Shown: positions 27,225 to 37,894 of the stretch, in pieces
Layout: each line of letters begins with the position of its first letter
Numbering within the stretch: position 1 is the stretch's first letter
Assembly (NCBI GenBank): GCA_965223335.1
Contig: OZ244991.1
Span: 64,001 to 128,000, forward strand
Length of the DNA: 64,000 bases
Source of the DNA: Thermodesulfobacteriota bacterium
Lineage (GTDB): Bacteria > Desulfobacterota_D > UBA1144 > Nemesobacterales > UBA2774
Direction of reading: 5' to 3'
The notes under the pieces: generated by a model
Databases searched by the model: none
The model's input: the letters and a program-made list of their open reading frames with translations, nothing else
Told to the model about the DNA's origin: nothing
Translations under genes and position numbers: made by a program

Positions 27225-29864
27225 TTATAACTCTTGCTTAAACTCCTCGTGCGTGTAAAACTCAAACGTGTCACCAACTTTAATATCGTTATATTTCTCA
27301 ATTCCTATACCGCACTCAAATCCTGTTTGAACCTCTTTGGCGTCATCCTGAAAACGCTTTAGTGAAGAGAGTTTCCCCTCGTATATCTGCACTCCGTCGC
27401 GTACCACACGCACGTTGCTGTCCCTTGTGACCTTGCCGTCTGTAACCATGCAACCCGCGATTGTTCCTAACCTCGATATATGAAAAGTTTCCCGGACCTC
27501 GGCGTGACCGAGCGGTTTTTCTTTGACAATAGGCTCCAAGAGCCCTTCCATAGCGTTTCTTACCCTGTCTATCAGGTTGTAAATAATTGTATGTAGTTCG
27601 AGTGATACTCCCTCTTTCTCCGACAGATCCACAGTCTTTGAATCGGGTCTTACATTAAAACCCACTATAAGCGCGTTCGATGCACTGGCCAGATTTATGT
27701 CGGTCTCACTTATAGACCCCACACCCGTGTGCACAATCTTTATCTGGCATTTATCTGTAGGCAGTTTCTCTAGCGAGTCCCTAACGGCCTCGACCGAGCC
27801 CTGTGTGTCTGCCTTGATTATTATTGCAAGCTCTTTTGCAGTCTCGCTCTCTAGGTTCTCAAACAGGTTTTCAAGCGATAGCGAGGGTTTTCTCTCGGCA
27901 GCAATGACCTTTTCTCGTTCCTTAGTCTCACGGTGGCCGATTACCTCTTTAGCCGCTTTTTCGTCTTTCACAACATAAAAGCGCTCACCCGCCTCGGGCA
28001 CTCCCGAGAGCCCCATAATCTCAACAGGCATCGAAGGCCCTGCTTCTTTAACCCTCTTGCCTTTATCGTCGTTTAGTGCTCTAACCTTTCCGTATGTCAT
28101 CCCTGCAACTACAAAATCACCAATCTTTAATGTGCCGTCACTTACGATCAATGTTGCCACCGGGCCCCTGCCCTTATCCAGTTCCGATTCGATCACAAAC
28201 CCATTGGCCCTCTTGTTATAGTTGGCCTTAAGCTCAAGTACATCGGCCTGGAGGATTACTAGTTCGAGTAGTTCCTTTATACCAGTCTTCTCTTTAGCCG
28301 AAACATCGGCAAACATCGTATCACCACCCCACTCCTCAGATAACAAACCTATCTCCGATAACTGTCTAAGTATCTTGTCTTTGTCCGCCTCGGCCTTGTC
28401 TATTTTGTTCACCGCTACTATTAAAGGCACTTCCGCGGCTTTTGCGTGGTTCACGGCCTCTAAGGTCTGGGGCATCACCCCGTCATCAGCCGCCACAACC
28501 AGTATTACCACGTCTGTGACCCTTGCACCCCTCGCCCTCATGGCTGTAAACGCTTCGTGCCCGGGTGTATCGATAAAACTTATCTTTCTTCCGTCTGTGG
28601 ATACGCTGTAGGCACCTATATGCTGTGTAATACCCCCAGCCTCACCCTCTACTACATTAGATTCCCTAATTGAGTCGAGCAGGGTGGTCTTACCGTGGTC
28701 CACATGGCCCATAACGGTTACCACAGGGGGTCTTAGCTCAAGTACTGCATCCTCTTCATCCGCCTCTTGTTCAAGTAGTATTTCTTCTTCTTCAAATATA
28801 TCGAGTGTTACTTCAAACCCAAACTCCTCCGCTACAAGTGTAGCGGTCTCGTGATCGAGTGACTGGTTGATTGTGGCTCTAACACCTAGGGCAATGAGCT
28901 TTTTGATAAGCTCCCCGGCTTTGATACTCATGAGTTTGGCGAGTTCACCCACATTAATGGCCTCACCGATCTTGATACTTCGCTTCTGTGGTTTAGCAGG
29001 AAACGGTATTACATCCGATGCAGCCTCTGTGCTTGAAAGTGACACTGGAGCACGAGTCACCTCTCTAAGTGTTTTCTCCCCTCCCTTATCCCTGCGGGGC
29101 ATCCCGGGGCCCCCACGGCTGCGTGCACGTTTTTCTTCGACCAGATACTCCCTTTTCTTACCTGGCAACTTTGTCCTAAACGCCTTTCTCAACTCCTCTA
29201 GGCTGTCTTCATCTATTATCTCTTCTTTTTTTGGTTTGGCTTTTTTTGCCTTCTTTTTGGTCTTTTTCTTGGCCTCTTCTTCACCCTCGGGTGGCTCGGC
29301 TTTCCCGGTTTTACGAGCTTCTTGAGCAGGTTGTTCTAGATCCGGCACCTCATCTACCACAACCTCCGGTTCTATCTCAGGTGCAGCTTCTAACTCGACC
29401 TGTTCACCCTCTGCCTGTGCCTCCATTGCAGGCTGCTCGGCCCCCGGTTTCTCAGCAACCTCATCAACCTTAGTCTCGGGTTTTAGTTCCTCTACAGTTT
29501 CTGCGGGTTCTACTACAACCTCTTTTTCTACAACCGGTTCTTCTTCGGGGGGCGGGGGTGGTTCCTCGGCCTTCTTCTTCCTGCGTAAAACTACTCTTCC
29601 ACCTTTTCTCCTTTCTACAACCTCTGCACCGCTTTCCTCTTTAAATACCCTGACTTTCTCCTTACTCTCCTGGGCATTATCCTCCGCCGAGGCATCTGCG
29701 CCGTTAGAGCCGTTAATTTTGCTCTTTATCTGCTTAGCCTCTTCGTCAGAGATCGAACTTGCGTGGCTTTTTACCGATATACCCAGCCCTTGGGCAATCT
29801 GTATTACCTCTTTGTTAGAGAGATTTAGTTCCTTGGAAAGCTCATAAATCCTGATATTCGACAT
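27225..29864 (-). CDS. infB: Translation initiation factor IF-2
   Basis: 'RIYELSKEL', '[20 protein letters not shown]', 'DTPGHEAF', 'NKID', 'GFECGI'. Confidence 0.98.
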   Translation of the reverse strand: MSNIRIYELSKELNLSNKEVIQIAQGLGISVKSHASSISDEEAKQIKSKINGSNGADASAEDNAQESKEKVRVFKEESGAEVVERRKGGRVVLRRKKKAEEPPPPPEEEPVVEKEVVVEPAETVEELKPETKVDEVAEKPGAEQPAMEAQAEGEQVELEAAPEIEPEVVVDEVPDLEQPAQEARKTGKAEPPEGEEEAKKKTKKKAKKAKPKKEEIIDEDSLEELRKAFRTKLPGKKREYLVEEKRARSRGGPGMPRRDKGGEKTLREVTRAPVSLSSTEAASDVIPFPAKPQKRSIKIGEAINVGELAKLMSIKAGELIKKLIALGVRATINQSLDHETATLVAEEFGFEVTLDIFEEEEILLEQEADEEDAVLELRPPVVTVMGHVDHGKTTLLDSIRESNVVEGEAGGITQHIGAYSVSTDGRKISFIDTPGHEAFTAMRARGARVTDVVILVVAADDGVMPQTLEAVNHAKAAEVPLIVAVNKIDKAEADKDKILRQLSEIGLLSEEWGGDTMFADVSAKEKTGIKELLELVILQADVLELKANYNKRANGFVIESELDKGRGPVATLIVSDGTLKIGDFVVAGMTYGKVRALNDDKGKRVKEAGPSMPVEIMGLSGVPEAGERFYVVKDEKAAKEVIGHRETKEREKVIAAERKPSLSLENLFENLESETAKELAIIIKADTQGSVEAVRDSLEKLPTDKCQIKIVHTGVGSISETDINLASASNALIVGFNVRPDSKTVDLSEKEGVSLELHTIIYNLIDRVRNAMEGLLEPIVKEKPLGHAEVRETFHISRLGTIAGCMVTDGKVTRDSNVRVVRDGVQIYEGKLSSLKRFQDDAKEVQTGFECGIGIEKYNDIKVGDTFEFYTHEEFKQEL

Positions 29865-30014
29865 ATTTTCCTATGCTAATCTGCAAGAAACCGGACCTAA
29901 GGTTTGGTGCGTTCCGCCAAAGAGATTATCCAGGTAAGGGTACCGTAGATTAAGGCACAATGCAAAAGAACTGCTTAGGTCTAAACTGTTTATTGCTGAC
30001 GTAACCCCCTCAAA

Positions 30015-31592
30015 TTACTCATGTTCAGTCTGTTGTTCCGGCTCCGGCGTCTCGCTTTCTTCCCCAGACGCTGGCTCTGTATCCAAAGCCGGTTCTGCTT
30101 CGGTAGATTCGTTAGATTCCGCAGTTTCAGTGATTTCAGCAACTTCTGCAGTCTCGGCAAGTTCAGTGGCTTCGGCAACTTCTGAAGTTTCTTTAGATTC
30201 AGCAGTTTCAGTGGTTTCGGCAACTTGAGCAGGTTCAGCCGTTTCAGTAGTTTCATCAGTCTCGGTAGTATCTGCTGTTTCAGCTGTTTCTGGAACTTCT
30301 GCCTGCTCCTGAGTCTCTTCTTCAAACGACATCTGTTCCAGTTTATCTTTAAGCGCTATTCTTGCTGCGGTCTGGAGGTTCGTTACCTCCTCTTCGTCCG
30401 AGAGCCCGGCTGCTTTCATTAAAGCCTCGGGATCAGAAAACGCTATATCCTCAAGTGTATGAAAACCCTCAGTATAGAGAATATTGGCCGTAACCTCTTT
30501 AATGCTGGGAAGCGTGATCAGCAACGACACCACGTCTTGCTGCTCGCGTTTTACCTGCGAATCCGTCTTTATGTCTATCCTCCACTCCGTTAACTGCGAG
30601 GCCAGCCTTACGTTTTGGCCCTTACGCCCAATCGCCAAAGACAACTGGTCGTCGTCTACTACAATCTCCATAGACTTATTGTTATCATCGATTATCACCT
30701 TGCTCACCCGCGCGGGTGAAAGTGCGTTAATAGCAAACCTTGCAGGGTCCGGAGACCATGGGATTATGTCGATCTTCTCGCCCTTAAGCTCCTGAATTAC
30801 GTTTTGCACCCGTGACCCTCTCATACCGACGCATGCTCCAACGGGGTCGACATCGGGGTCAATTGATGTCACAGCAATCTTAGTCCTACCCCCAGGGTCT
30901 CGGGAGAGCGCTTTGATCTCTACAACCTGCTCACTAATCTCGGGCACCTCTGTCTCAAAAAGTTTCCTCACAAAGTCTTTATGAGCCCGCGACAAAACAA
31001 GCTGAGGGCCTCGTTTAGTCTCTTTTATGTCCACCAAAAGTGCGCGCAGCCTCTCTTTTACCTTGTAATACTCCCTAGGCACCTGGTTCTCGGGCGGCAA
31101 AAAGGCCTCGGTCCTTCCCAGGTCGACTATAACGTTCTTTCTCTCATACCTTCTTACGATCCCGCTTATAAGCTCGCCCTTACGGTTTTTGAACTCTTCA
31201 TATATAACCTTGCCCTCAGCCTCTTTAATCCTTTGCAGTATTTTCTGTTTCGCGTTCTGAATAGCGATTCTAGTGAAGTCCGGGCTTATTTTTACACCGA
31301 TCTGATCCCCCATCTCAGCATCGGGATCAAGCTCTACCGCTTCGTCCATGGTGATCTCCATATCCGGATCCTCTATATCCTCCACCACGGTTTTAAACTC
31401 AAACAGCTCCACCTCACCGTCTTCGTCATTAAAGTGGACCTCAAGTTCTTTATCTTTATCAACCATTCGAAAGAGTTTTTGGGCCGCGGACAGTACCGCC
31501 TCTTCAACCGCAGTAACAATCTCATCCCTCTCTATCCCCTTGTCCTTGCATACTGAATCCATTACACGGCTTAGTTCGGTTACTACAACCAT
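30015..31592 (-). CDS. nusA: Transcription termination/antitermination factor NusA with long acidic tail
   Basis: S1/KH motifs 'RDPGGRTKIAV', 'DPVGACVGMRGSRV', 'SLAIGRKGQNVRLA'. Confidence 0.97.
   Translation of the reverse strand: MVVVTELSRVMDSVCKDKGIERDEIVTAVEEAVLSAAQKLFRMVDKDKELEVHFNDEDGEVELFEFKTVVEDIEDPDMEITMDEAVELDPDAEMGDQIGVKISPDFTRIAIQNAKQKILQRIKEAEGKVIYEEFKNRKGELISGIVRRYERKNVIVDLGRTEAFLPPENQVPREYYKVKERLRALLVDIKETKRGPQLVLSRAHKDFVRKLFETEVPEISEQVVEIKALSRDPGGRTKIAVTSIDPDVDPVGACVGMRGSRVQNVIQELKGEKIDIIPWSPDPARFAINALSPARVSKVIIDDNNKSMEIVVDDDQLSLAIGRKGQNVRLASQLTEWRIDIKTDSQVKREQQDVVSLLITLPSIKEVTANILYTEGFHTLEDIAFSDPEALMKAAGLSDEEEVTNLQTAARIALKDKLEQMSFEEETQEQAEVPETAETADTTETDETTETAEPAQVAETTETAESKETSEVAEATELAETAEVAEITETAESNESTEAEPALDTEPASGEESETPEPEQQTEHE
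30090..30303 (-). repeat. Degenerate 9-nt coding repeat ((A/T)E(T/V) tripeptides) in the NusA tail
   Basis: 'AEVPETAETADTTETDETTETAEPAQVAETTETAESKETSEVAEATELAETAEVAEITETAES'. Confidence 0.8.
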
Positions 31593-31603
31593 TTATGCCC
31601 CCT

Positions 31604-32077
31604 CTAAAACTCCAGTTCTAAATTAGCTTTTTCCACATTCTCAAGTGGAATATCATATATGTGGTCGTCGGTCTCAACTGTAATAATGTTGTTCTCGAAG
31701 CCTACCAACTCGCCGACAAAAATCTTATTATTTTCAATAGGTTCTGTGGTTTTCACCTTTACCAAACGCCCTATGTACTTAACGTAATCCCCGGCCCCTC
31801 TAAGCGGCCTCGTAAGCCCGGGCGATGACACCTCAAGAGTGTAGGTGCCCGGGATAATGTCGTGTATGTCGAGCAGGTTGCCAATCTCTCTACTCACACT
31901 CGCACAGTCGTCAATTGTGACCCCTTTGGGCTTGTCTATATATATTCTAAGCACTCTATGTCTGCCCTTGCCCTTGAACTCTATATCAAACAGCTCCAAG
32001 CCGTTTTCCACAAGTATCGGATCCAAAAGCTCCTGCACGTCCAGTCTCAAACTATCTGTAGCCGGGTTCATAAGCAA
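31604..32077 (-). CDS. rimP: Ribosome maturation factor RimP
   Basis: 'LRIYIDKPKGVTIDDC', 'YTLEVSSPGLTRPL', 'KANL'. Confidence 0.95.
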   Translation of the reverse strand: MLMNPATDSLRLDVQELLDPILVENGLELFDIEFKGKGRHRVLRIYIDKPKGVTIDDCASVSREIGNLLDIHDIIPGTYTLEVSSPGLTRPLRGAGDYVKYIGRLVKVKTTEPIENNKIFVGELVGFENNIITVETDDHIYDIPLENVEKANLELEF

Positions 32078-32097
32078 TTTACGAAATGCTTAATAAA

Positions 32098-32125
32098 TAG
32101 AAAAAGCGGGTAAAATACCCGCTTT
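32098..32125 (-). terminator. Terminator-like hairpin in the rimP-nusA-infB leader
   Basis: Minus strand reads AAAGCGGGTA-TTT-TACCCGCTTT then TTCTATTT, about 25 nt before the rimP start. Confidence 0.7.
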
Positions 32126-32280
32126 CGCAATTAACAATGTACCAGATCAATGACCCGACATCAAGTTGGTGAATCATTCCAGCATTGGATTTAATCTAAA
32201 TAAATGATTATGTTTTCAGTCGAATCATCTATCCAAATACTGTAAACTTAGCCTGTTGTTTATGTGCCCGGAGCAACCAT

Positions 32281-32784
32281 ATGAACCTTCTAAATAAAAT
32301 GATTCGAGCAGCATCACTCGACTTCCTATTGTACGTAGAGGTAGAGAACGACCCGGGGGCTACAAGGGAGGCGTTGCTCGTGGTCCTAATCGCGGGGCTT
32401 AGCAACGGGATAGGTGTAATGGGAGTGCTCGGGACCGAAGGCATACTGGGCGGGTTTGTGACCGAAATAGTGGGCTGGGTAATTTGGAGCGTGTCTATAT
32501 TTCTTATAGGTCTCGGTGTATTCGGCAGAAAAGTAGATATGGAAGAGATATTCAGGTGCCTGGGTTTTGCGTATTCCGCTGGGGCTCTTAGTGTACTCGG
32601 GCTGATCCCATACGGTATAGGTCTCTATATCAGAATTATCATCATCCCTCTTTGGATAGCACTCTCACTCATAGTCGCCACCCGTCAGGCATTTGAGTTC
32701 GAGACCTCTCGGGCAATTTTTGTGGTTATATTGGCTGCAATACCGTTTTGGCTATTTAAACTCCTTCTGCCGTTTATACTTTAG
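32281..32784 (+). CDS. YIP1-like multi-pass membrane protein
   Basis: About 5 hydrophobic segments; 'YVEVENDPGATREALLVV', 'FRCLGFAYS', 'VATRQAF'. 3' end overlaps the convergent gene by 11 nt. Confidence 0.65.
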   Translation: MNLLNKMIRAASLDFLLYVEVENDPGATREALLVVLIAGLSNGIGVMGVLGTEGILGGFVTEIVGWVIWSVSIFLIGLGVFGRKVDMEEIFRCLGFAYSAGALSVLGLIPYGIGLYIRIIIIPLWIALSLIVATRQAFEFETSRAIFVVILAAIPFWLFKLLLPFIL

Positions 32785-34852
32785 CAGCTGCTTTCCGAAT
32801 ATCCCTTTGGAATGATCTAAGCATTTCGGCCAGAACCGATAGCTCACCCTCATCGTAGCTCTCACCGAATCTCATATCCAAATACTGTTTTGTGAGCGGG
32901 TAGATAGAGCTTAGCTGCTCGCCACCCTCTTTTACCAGATAGTTGCTAAATTCCGTAGGGGTCATATTAATAGGCTTTTCGTAACCCTTTTTAGCAGAGA
33001 ATTTAAGAGCCCTCATATACATGGCGGTGGCCCTGTTTTTGGCCCTATTGCCACCACGCGGCAAAAGCCCGCTTAACTCGGGGCGGTTGATTACAAACCA
33101 AGCGCCGGCTATCAACAGCGCAATAACAAAAAGCCATTTTTTATGCCGCTTCAGATCCCCTATTGCCGATGTGCTTAACTTTTTCTTCTGCCACCCAATG
33201 TTATCTTTTACTCCCGAGAATATCCGTATCTGATCCCGCTGGCTGAAATCCACAATGTATCGGTTCCACCTGTATCTGAGATAATCTAGGTAGGCCGCCA
33301 TATAGCCCTGCTCCCCCCTCTCTCCTATTGCAAGCCCCTCGGGGGTTGCATCGAATATAACCCAGCCGTGTCCGGGGAAATAGGCCTCGGCCCACGAATG
33401 AGCGTTACTCTCCCTGACCAAAAAAAACTCGCCCAGGCGGTTCCACTCGGCACCGAGAAACCCGTTTACAAGCCTGGCCGGCACCCCGGCCTCGCGAAGC
33501 ATCACAACCATAGCACTGGCAAAGTATTCACAGTGCCCCTCCTTTACCCTAAACAAAAAGTCCTCGAGAGGATATATACCCTCCGTGCCCTCGAGCGTCC
33601 TGGTGTACTTGTAGTTTGTCAACAAATGCCGTTTAATCGAAACCGCTTTATCATACGGTGTCACGTCATTGGCTGTAATGCTATCCACAAGTGTATTTAC
33701 CTCATTGCTCATCTCAGGCAGGTCCAGGTACTTAGAACTTATCTCTTTTGGGTATTGGTTGGGTGTGTGGCGCAGATCATCGGGTGCTGGAGTGTCCAGA
33801 TCGGAATAGGCGGTGTATTTAATCCTAGTTGCAAGACCCATGGCAAGCATATACGAGTCGTTTGCCTCTGCGATCCTGCCCCCGGGGACGTGTTTAAAGG
33901 CATAAGGGGTGTTAGCGGCAAACAAGACATCTGTATCGAGCTGCTGCGTTACTATCTCCTGCTCCGATAAAAGGGAGTTTGTCTCAACGGGCCTGATAAC
34001 ACCGTCTTTTCCGAACTGGTGGAACTCATAACCGCTGTTTCTAATGTTCCATGACTTGCCGTCAAAATGATCGAGCGCTATTCCCCTCCAATAAAGGGCC
34101 GCAGGGTCCAGGTCCTCACCGTTACGGTTAATGAATTTCACACTCATAACCGGTGAGCCGTCAAGCTTGATTTCCCCTACACTGCCCAGATTCACACTGT
34201 CCGAGAACCCGCTGCGAAGCGCCTCTGCCCTGAGAAAATTAGTGGCAAACACCCCGCTTCGTAGCCTCGGCACAGACACAAAGATAAGCGCCGAGAACAC
34301 AAATATGCAGAAGCTTATCAACACAGTAGTGCTCAGAAAAAGGGGTGTAACCACCTTGGGCTCGTTACGATCGGTGTGGCCAGCTTCCCTGGCCTCATTA
34401 TTAATCGTAAAAACAATAATTGCCCATGTGAACACCGCCACATAAAGCACAAATGCCAGAGCATAGTTAAAATTAACCGTAAGCACAGATCCCGCTAGGA
34501 ACTGGAAGAAGCTCAGCACGTAGATCTGCACTATATCCCTGCTTTGCTTACGCCCCAGCAGTTTTATGATCTGTGTGAAAATCAAAAAATTTAGTATGCC
34601 CGCCAAGAGCTCTGACCCGAGCAATAAAACGTCAGATATTACATACACCACTAAAACCAGCGCAAACACCGTCGATAACGCGGTGCTTATGTAATAACCG
34701 GCTTTGTTGATCTCGTTATAGAAGCTGAAAGCTATAGCTGCGGTGAAAAACAAAGCAGTCAGAGCGCCCACCTGGCCCGTGAGCAGGAGAGATACGAATC
34801 CCACTAATGCTATAAGGTGTGTGAATAGGACAAGAGCCCTCGATACCCTCAT
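32774..34852 (-). CDS. Membrane transglutaminase-like protein (TgpA type: DUF3488 + transglutaminase + DUF4129-like)
   Basis: N-terminal TM bundle, 'YWRGIALDHFDG', catalytic 'GHCEYFASAM', 'AHSWAE', 'FDATP', 'MTPTEF'. Confidence 0.88.
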   Translation of the reverse strand: MRVSRALVLFTHLIALVGFVSLLLTGQVGALTALFFTAAIAFSFYNEINKAGYYISTALSTVFALVLVVYVISDVLLLGSELLAGILNFLIFTQIIKLLGRKQSRDIVQIYVLSFFQFLAGSVLTVNFNYALAFVLYVAVFTWAIIVFTINNEAREAGHTDRNEPKVVTPLFLSTTVLISFCIFVFSALIFVSVPRLRSGVFATNFLRAEALRSGFSDSVNLGSVGEIKLDGSPVMSVKFINRNGEDLDPAALYWRGIALDHFDGKSWNIRNSGYEFHQFGKDGVIRPVETNSLLSEQEIVTQQLDTDVLFAANTPYAFKHVPGGRIAEANDSYMLAMGLATRIKYTAYSDLDTPAPDDLRHTPNQYPKEISSKYLDLPEMSNEVNTLVDSITANDVTPYDKAVSIKRHLLTNYKYTRTLEGTEGIYPLEDFLFRVKEGHCEYFASAMVVMLREAGVPARLVNGFLGAEWNRLGEFFLVRESNAHSWAEAYFPGHGWVIFDATPEGLAIGERGEQGYMAAYLDYLRYRWNRYIVDFSQRDQIRIFSGVKDNIGWQKKKLSTSAIGDLKRHKKWLFVIALLIAGAWFVINRPELSGLLPRGGNRAKNRATAMYMRALKFSAKKGYEKPINMTPTEFSNYLVKEGGEQLSSIYPLTKQYLDMRFGESYDEGELSVLAEMLRSFQRDIRKAAAKV

Positions 34853-36858
34853 TTTTCTTCACTCATATACTCGGCCTCGATCTCCCGAAGCCTCTTTATC
34901 TTATTCCTGGTCCTGGCCGCATCCTCAAAATCAAGGTTGTTCGCCTGCTCCTGCATCTCGTTGGTCAGACTGAGTATGGTGGACGGTATTTTTTCGGGCG
35001 GTATCTTATACATCTGATCCTCAGAGTCCTTCGGTACCGTTAAATAATCCGCTTCGTATATATTTGTAAGTATATCACTTATTCCCTTTTCGATGCTCCT
35101 AGGCGTGATGTTGTTCTCACGGTTGTAGTGCTCTTGGATCTCTCTTCGGCGTGTGGTCTCTTCCATAGCACTTCGCATCGACGAAGTAACCCGGTCGGCG
35201 TATAGAATCACCCTGCCCTCGCGGTGCCTAGCGGCCCTCCCAAACACCTGAATGAGCGAAGTCTCCGAGCGTAGGTAACCCTCTTTATCCGCGTCCATTA
35301 CCGCTACCAGTGCCACCTCTGGTATGTCCAGCCCCTCTCTAAGCAAGTTTATTCCCACAAGCACATCGAACTTCCCAAGTCTCAGGTCGCGCACGATCCT
35401 GATCCTCTCTAGCGTGTCTATGTCGGAATGCAGATACCTGATCGCAAGCCCAAGCTCCCTGTAATACTCGGTCAGGTCCTCAGCCATTCGCTTTGTGAGT
35501 GTGGTTACCAATACTCTGTCACCCCTACCGATCACCTCTCTGATCTCGTCCAACAGGTCGTCCACCTGGTTCTCAGCGGGCCTTAACTCCACCTCGGGGT
35601 CTGCAAGACCCGTGGGGCGGATGATCTGCTCGACAATCTCCCCGCCCGTAGAGTCGAGTTCATGCGGCCCGGGAGTTGCGGAAACATAGATAACCTGTGT
35701 GACCCTCTCTTTAAACTCCTCAAAGTTAAGCGGGCGGTTGTCGAGTGCAGACGGGAGCCTAAAACCGTTTTCAACCAGTGTGAGCTTCCTGCTTCGGTCC
35801 CCTATGTACATGCCCCTTATCTGCGGAACGGTCTGGTGACTCTCGTCGATTATAAACAGCATGTCGTCGGGAAAGTAGTTTATTATTGTCCATGGCGGCT
35901 CACCCGGTCTCCGGCCCGATATATGACGCGAATAATTCTCTATCCCCGGGCAAAAGCCCATGGTCTCTAACAGCTCTATATCGTAATTTGTCCTCTCCCG
36001 AAGCCTCTTTCTCTCAAGCTCCATCCCCTCTCGTTTGAGATAGGCTTGGTGGTGCTCAAGCTCTTTTTTTATACCTTCGATCGCCGCTTCCATCTTATCC
36101 TCGGGTGCCACATAGTGTGTACCCGGATAGATTATGCACCTGCTTATGCTCTTTATGCTTCTGCCCGACCCGGGGTCAAACTCCTTTATCGAATCAACTT
36201 CGTCCCCAAAAAACTCTATCCTAAGTGCAACCTTCTCCTGGTGCGAGGGGAAAACCTCTACAACGTCTCCCCGCACCCTATAGCTGCCTCGAGTTAAAGA
36301 GCTATTTGTCCTTAGGTACTGTACAGCGGTCAGGTTCTTTGTAAGTGTGTCACGGGTAAGATGTTTGCCCACTTCCACTATTGTGAGCATCCCAAAGTAG
36401 TCCTCGGGGGCACCTATCCCGTATATGGCCGACACACTGGCGACAATGATAATGTCACGCCTCTCAAAGAGCGACGAGGTGGCGGCATGACGCATTCTGT
36501 CGATGTGCTCGTTTATAGATGCGTCTTTCTCTATGAATGTGTCGGTTTCGGGGATGTAGGCCTCGGGCTGGTAGTAGTCATAGTAGCTCACAAAGTAATG
36601 GACCCCGTTGTGGGGAAAGAGCTCGAGCAGCTCGCCATAGAGCTGGGCGGCCAGGGTTTTGTTGTGAGCAATTATAAGTGTGGGTTTTTTAACCTGTTCG
36701 ATCACATTGGCTACTGTAAAGGTCTTACCGCTGCCCGTAACTCCCAGCAGCACCTGCTCCCTCTTGCCCGATTCCACGCCCCGAACTAGCTCTTTGATCG
36801 CAGCGGGCTGGTCGCCCTTTGGGGATATATCCGAAATAAGCTCAAAGCTTTTAGACAC
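34849..36858 (-). CDS. uvrB: Excinuclease ABC subunit B
   Basis: 'GDQP', 'LGVTGSGKT', 'YFVSYYDYYQPEAY', 'DESH', 'GINLLREGLD', UVR domain. Confidence 0.98.
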   Translation of the reverse strand: MSKSFELISDISPKGDQPAAIKELVRGVESGKREQVLLGVTGSGKTFTVANVIEQVKKPTLIIAHNKTLAAQLYGELLELFPHNGVHYFVSYYDYYQPEAYIPETDTFIEKDASINEHIDRMRHAATSSLFERRDIIIVASVSAIYGIGAPEDYFGMLTIVEVGKHLTRDTLTKNLTAVQYLRTNSSLTRGSYRVRGDVVEVFPSHQEKVALRIEFFGDEVDSIKEFDPGSGRSIKSISRCIIYPGTHYVAPEDKMEAAIEGIKKELEHHQAYLKREGMELERKRLRERTNYDIELLETMGFCPGIENYSRHISGRRPGEPPWTIINYFPDDMLFIIDESHQTVPQIRGMYIGDRSRKLTLVENGFRLPSALDNRPLNFEEFKERVTQVIYVSATPGPHELDSTGGEIVEQIIRPTGLADPEVELRPAENQVDDLLDEIREVIGRGDRVLVTTLTKRMAEDLTEYYRELGLAIRYLHSDIDTLERIRIVRDLRLGKFDVLVGINLLREGLDIPEVALVAVMDADKEGYLRSETSLIQVFGRAARHREGRVILYADRVTSSMRSAMEETTRRREIQEHYNRENNITPRSIEKGISDILTNIYEADYLTVPKDSEDQMYKIPPEKIPSTILSLTNEMQEQANNLDFEDAARTRNKIKRLREIEAEYMSEEK

Positions 36859-36962
36859 GATTAATCTATAAGTTTAAAGGCTCATAACCCTAGTGTAAAC
36901 CGGTAAAGTCTCTGGTCCAGGGGGGGAGGGTATTTCCAATGAGTTTCTTAATATGGGAGCGG

Positions 36963-37400
36963 TTAGTGAGCACCAAGCGGTTTAGGAGAGTGCCCGCGCA
37001 TATAGCCCGCTTTTATGGAATGGAGCTTTTGTCGCTGCTCGGGGTCGAGCACCTCTTTTATATTAAGAAACATCTCTACCTTAGAGCGGGTTAGTTGAGA
37101 TCTTATCATCTCAACCTCATCTGTAAGACGCATAATAGTGTCACGGCTTACCTCGGGATTGCGAAGTGCTTTGCTGAGCTCTGTTTCTTTAGCGTTAAGT
37201 GTGTAGTTGAGTTTGCGGATCCTCTGTTTCTCCGACCTGAATATCCGTTCAATTCGATTTATCTGACCCGCGGTTAGCTCAAGCTCTTTAACGATCTTTG
37301 GGTCTTTCCACCACTTAAACTTCATAGGTGAATCCCCAAAAGCAGTGCCGCTAAAAACACACAGTATAACCGTTACTAGAAGTAGCAATGACAACCTCAA
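36963..37400 (-). CDS. Periplasmic Spy/CpxP-like (heavy-metal-sensor type) helical protein
   Basis: Signal peptide, 'WW', LTxxQ-like motifs 'LELTAGQ' and 'VLDPEQRQKL'; TTGA overlap with the anti-sigma stop. Confidence 0.75.
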   Translation of the reverse strand: MRLSLLLLVTVILCVFSGTAFGDSPMKFKWWKDPKIVKELELTAGQINRIERIFRSEKQRIRKLNYTLNAKETELSKALRNPEVSRDTIMRLTDEVEMIRSQLTRSKVEMFLNIKEVLDPEQRQKLHSIKAGYMRGHSPKPLGAH

Positions 37401-37894
37401 TTCGCAGTACCCCCGTTACTCCCGTTATAGCTCTCCCAGGGCCCGTATATGGCAAGGAGCGAGGCCGTATCTCTGGCCAATGATTCATCTACCTCAGACA
37501 TAAGCAGCTCGTCTTCTCTGTCCAGTTCGGAAATCTGCAAGTTTGGGCTATCGGTTCTAAGTACGCTAAACGTTATTATGGTCAAAAACAGCATGGCGGT
37601 TAGAGCTGCCGGGATTGCCCAAGACTGTTTAAAATCCTCGAAAATCCCGAACCATCCCTTGGACTCACTCTGCTCCGCCTCCTCAACCTTGAGCCAGAAA
37701 GCATTAATGTAATCTTCGCTGGGCACTACCTCGGGGGCGTGGTCGAGCACTGCCCATAGTGAGTCTGATCTCTGAATAAACTCTGCGCAGTCCCCACACG
37801 TTTGGGTGTGTTCTAGCAGAGTGGCGGCCTCGGGGTTCTCAAGGTCCCCTGCGCTCAGTGCAACAATCAGTTCCTTCGCTTCTTTACATTCCAT
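37397..37894 (-). CDS. Zinc-finger (ZAS/zf-HC2) transmembrane anti-sigma factor
   Basis: 'MECKE', HxxxCxxC 'HTQTCGDC', one TM helix; overlaps the sigma factor stop. Confidence 0.82.
   Translation of the reverse strand: MECKEAKELIVALSAGDLENPEAATLLEHTQTCGDCAEFIQRSDSLWAVLDHAPEVVPSEDYINAFWLKVEEAEQSESKGWFGIFEDFKQSWAIPAALTAMLFLTIITFSVLRTDSPNLQISELDREDELLMSEVDESLARDTASLLAIYGPWESYNGSNGGTAN

Noticed and set aside
29990..30325. Lys/Leu-rich 111-aa ORF overlapping the nusA end
   Set aside because: Out-of-frame reading of the 9-nt repeat; no YlxR-like motifs.
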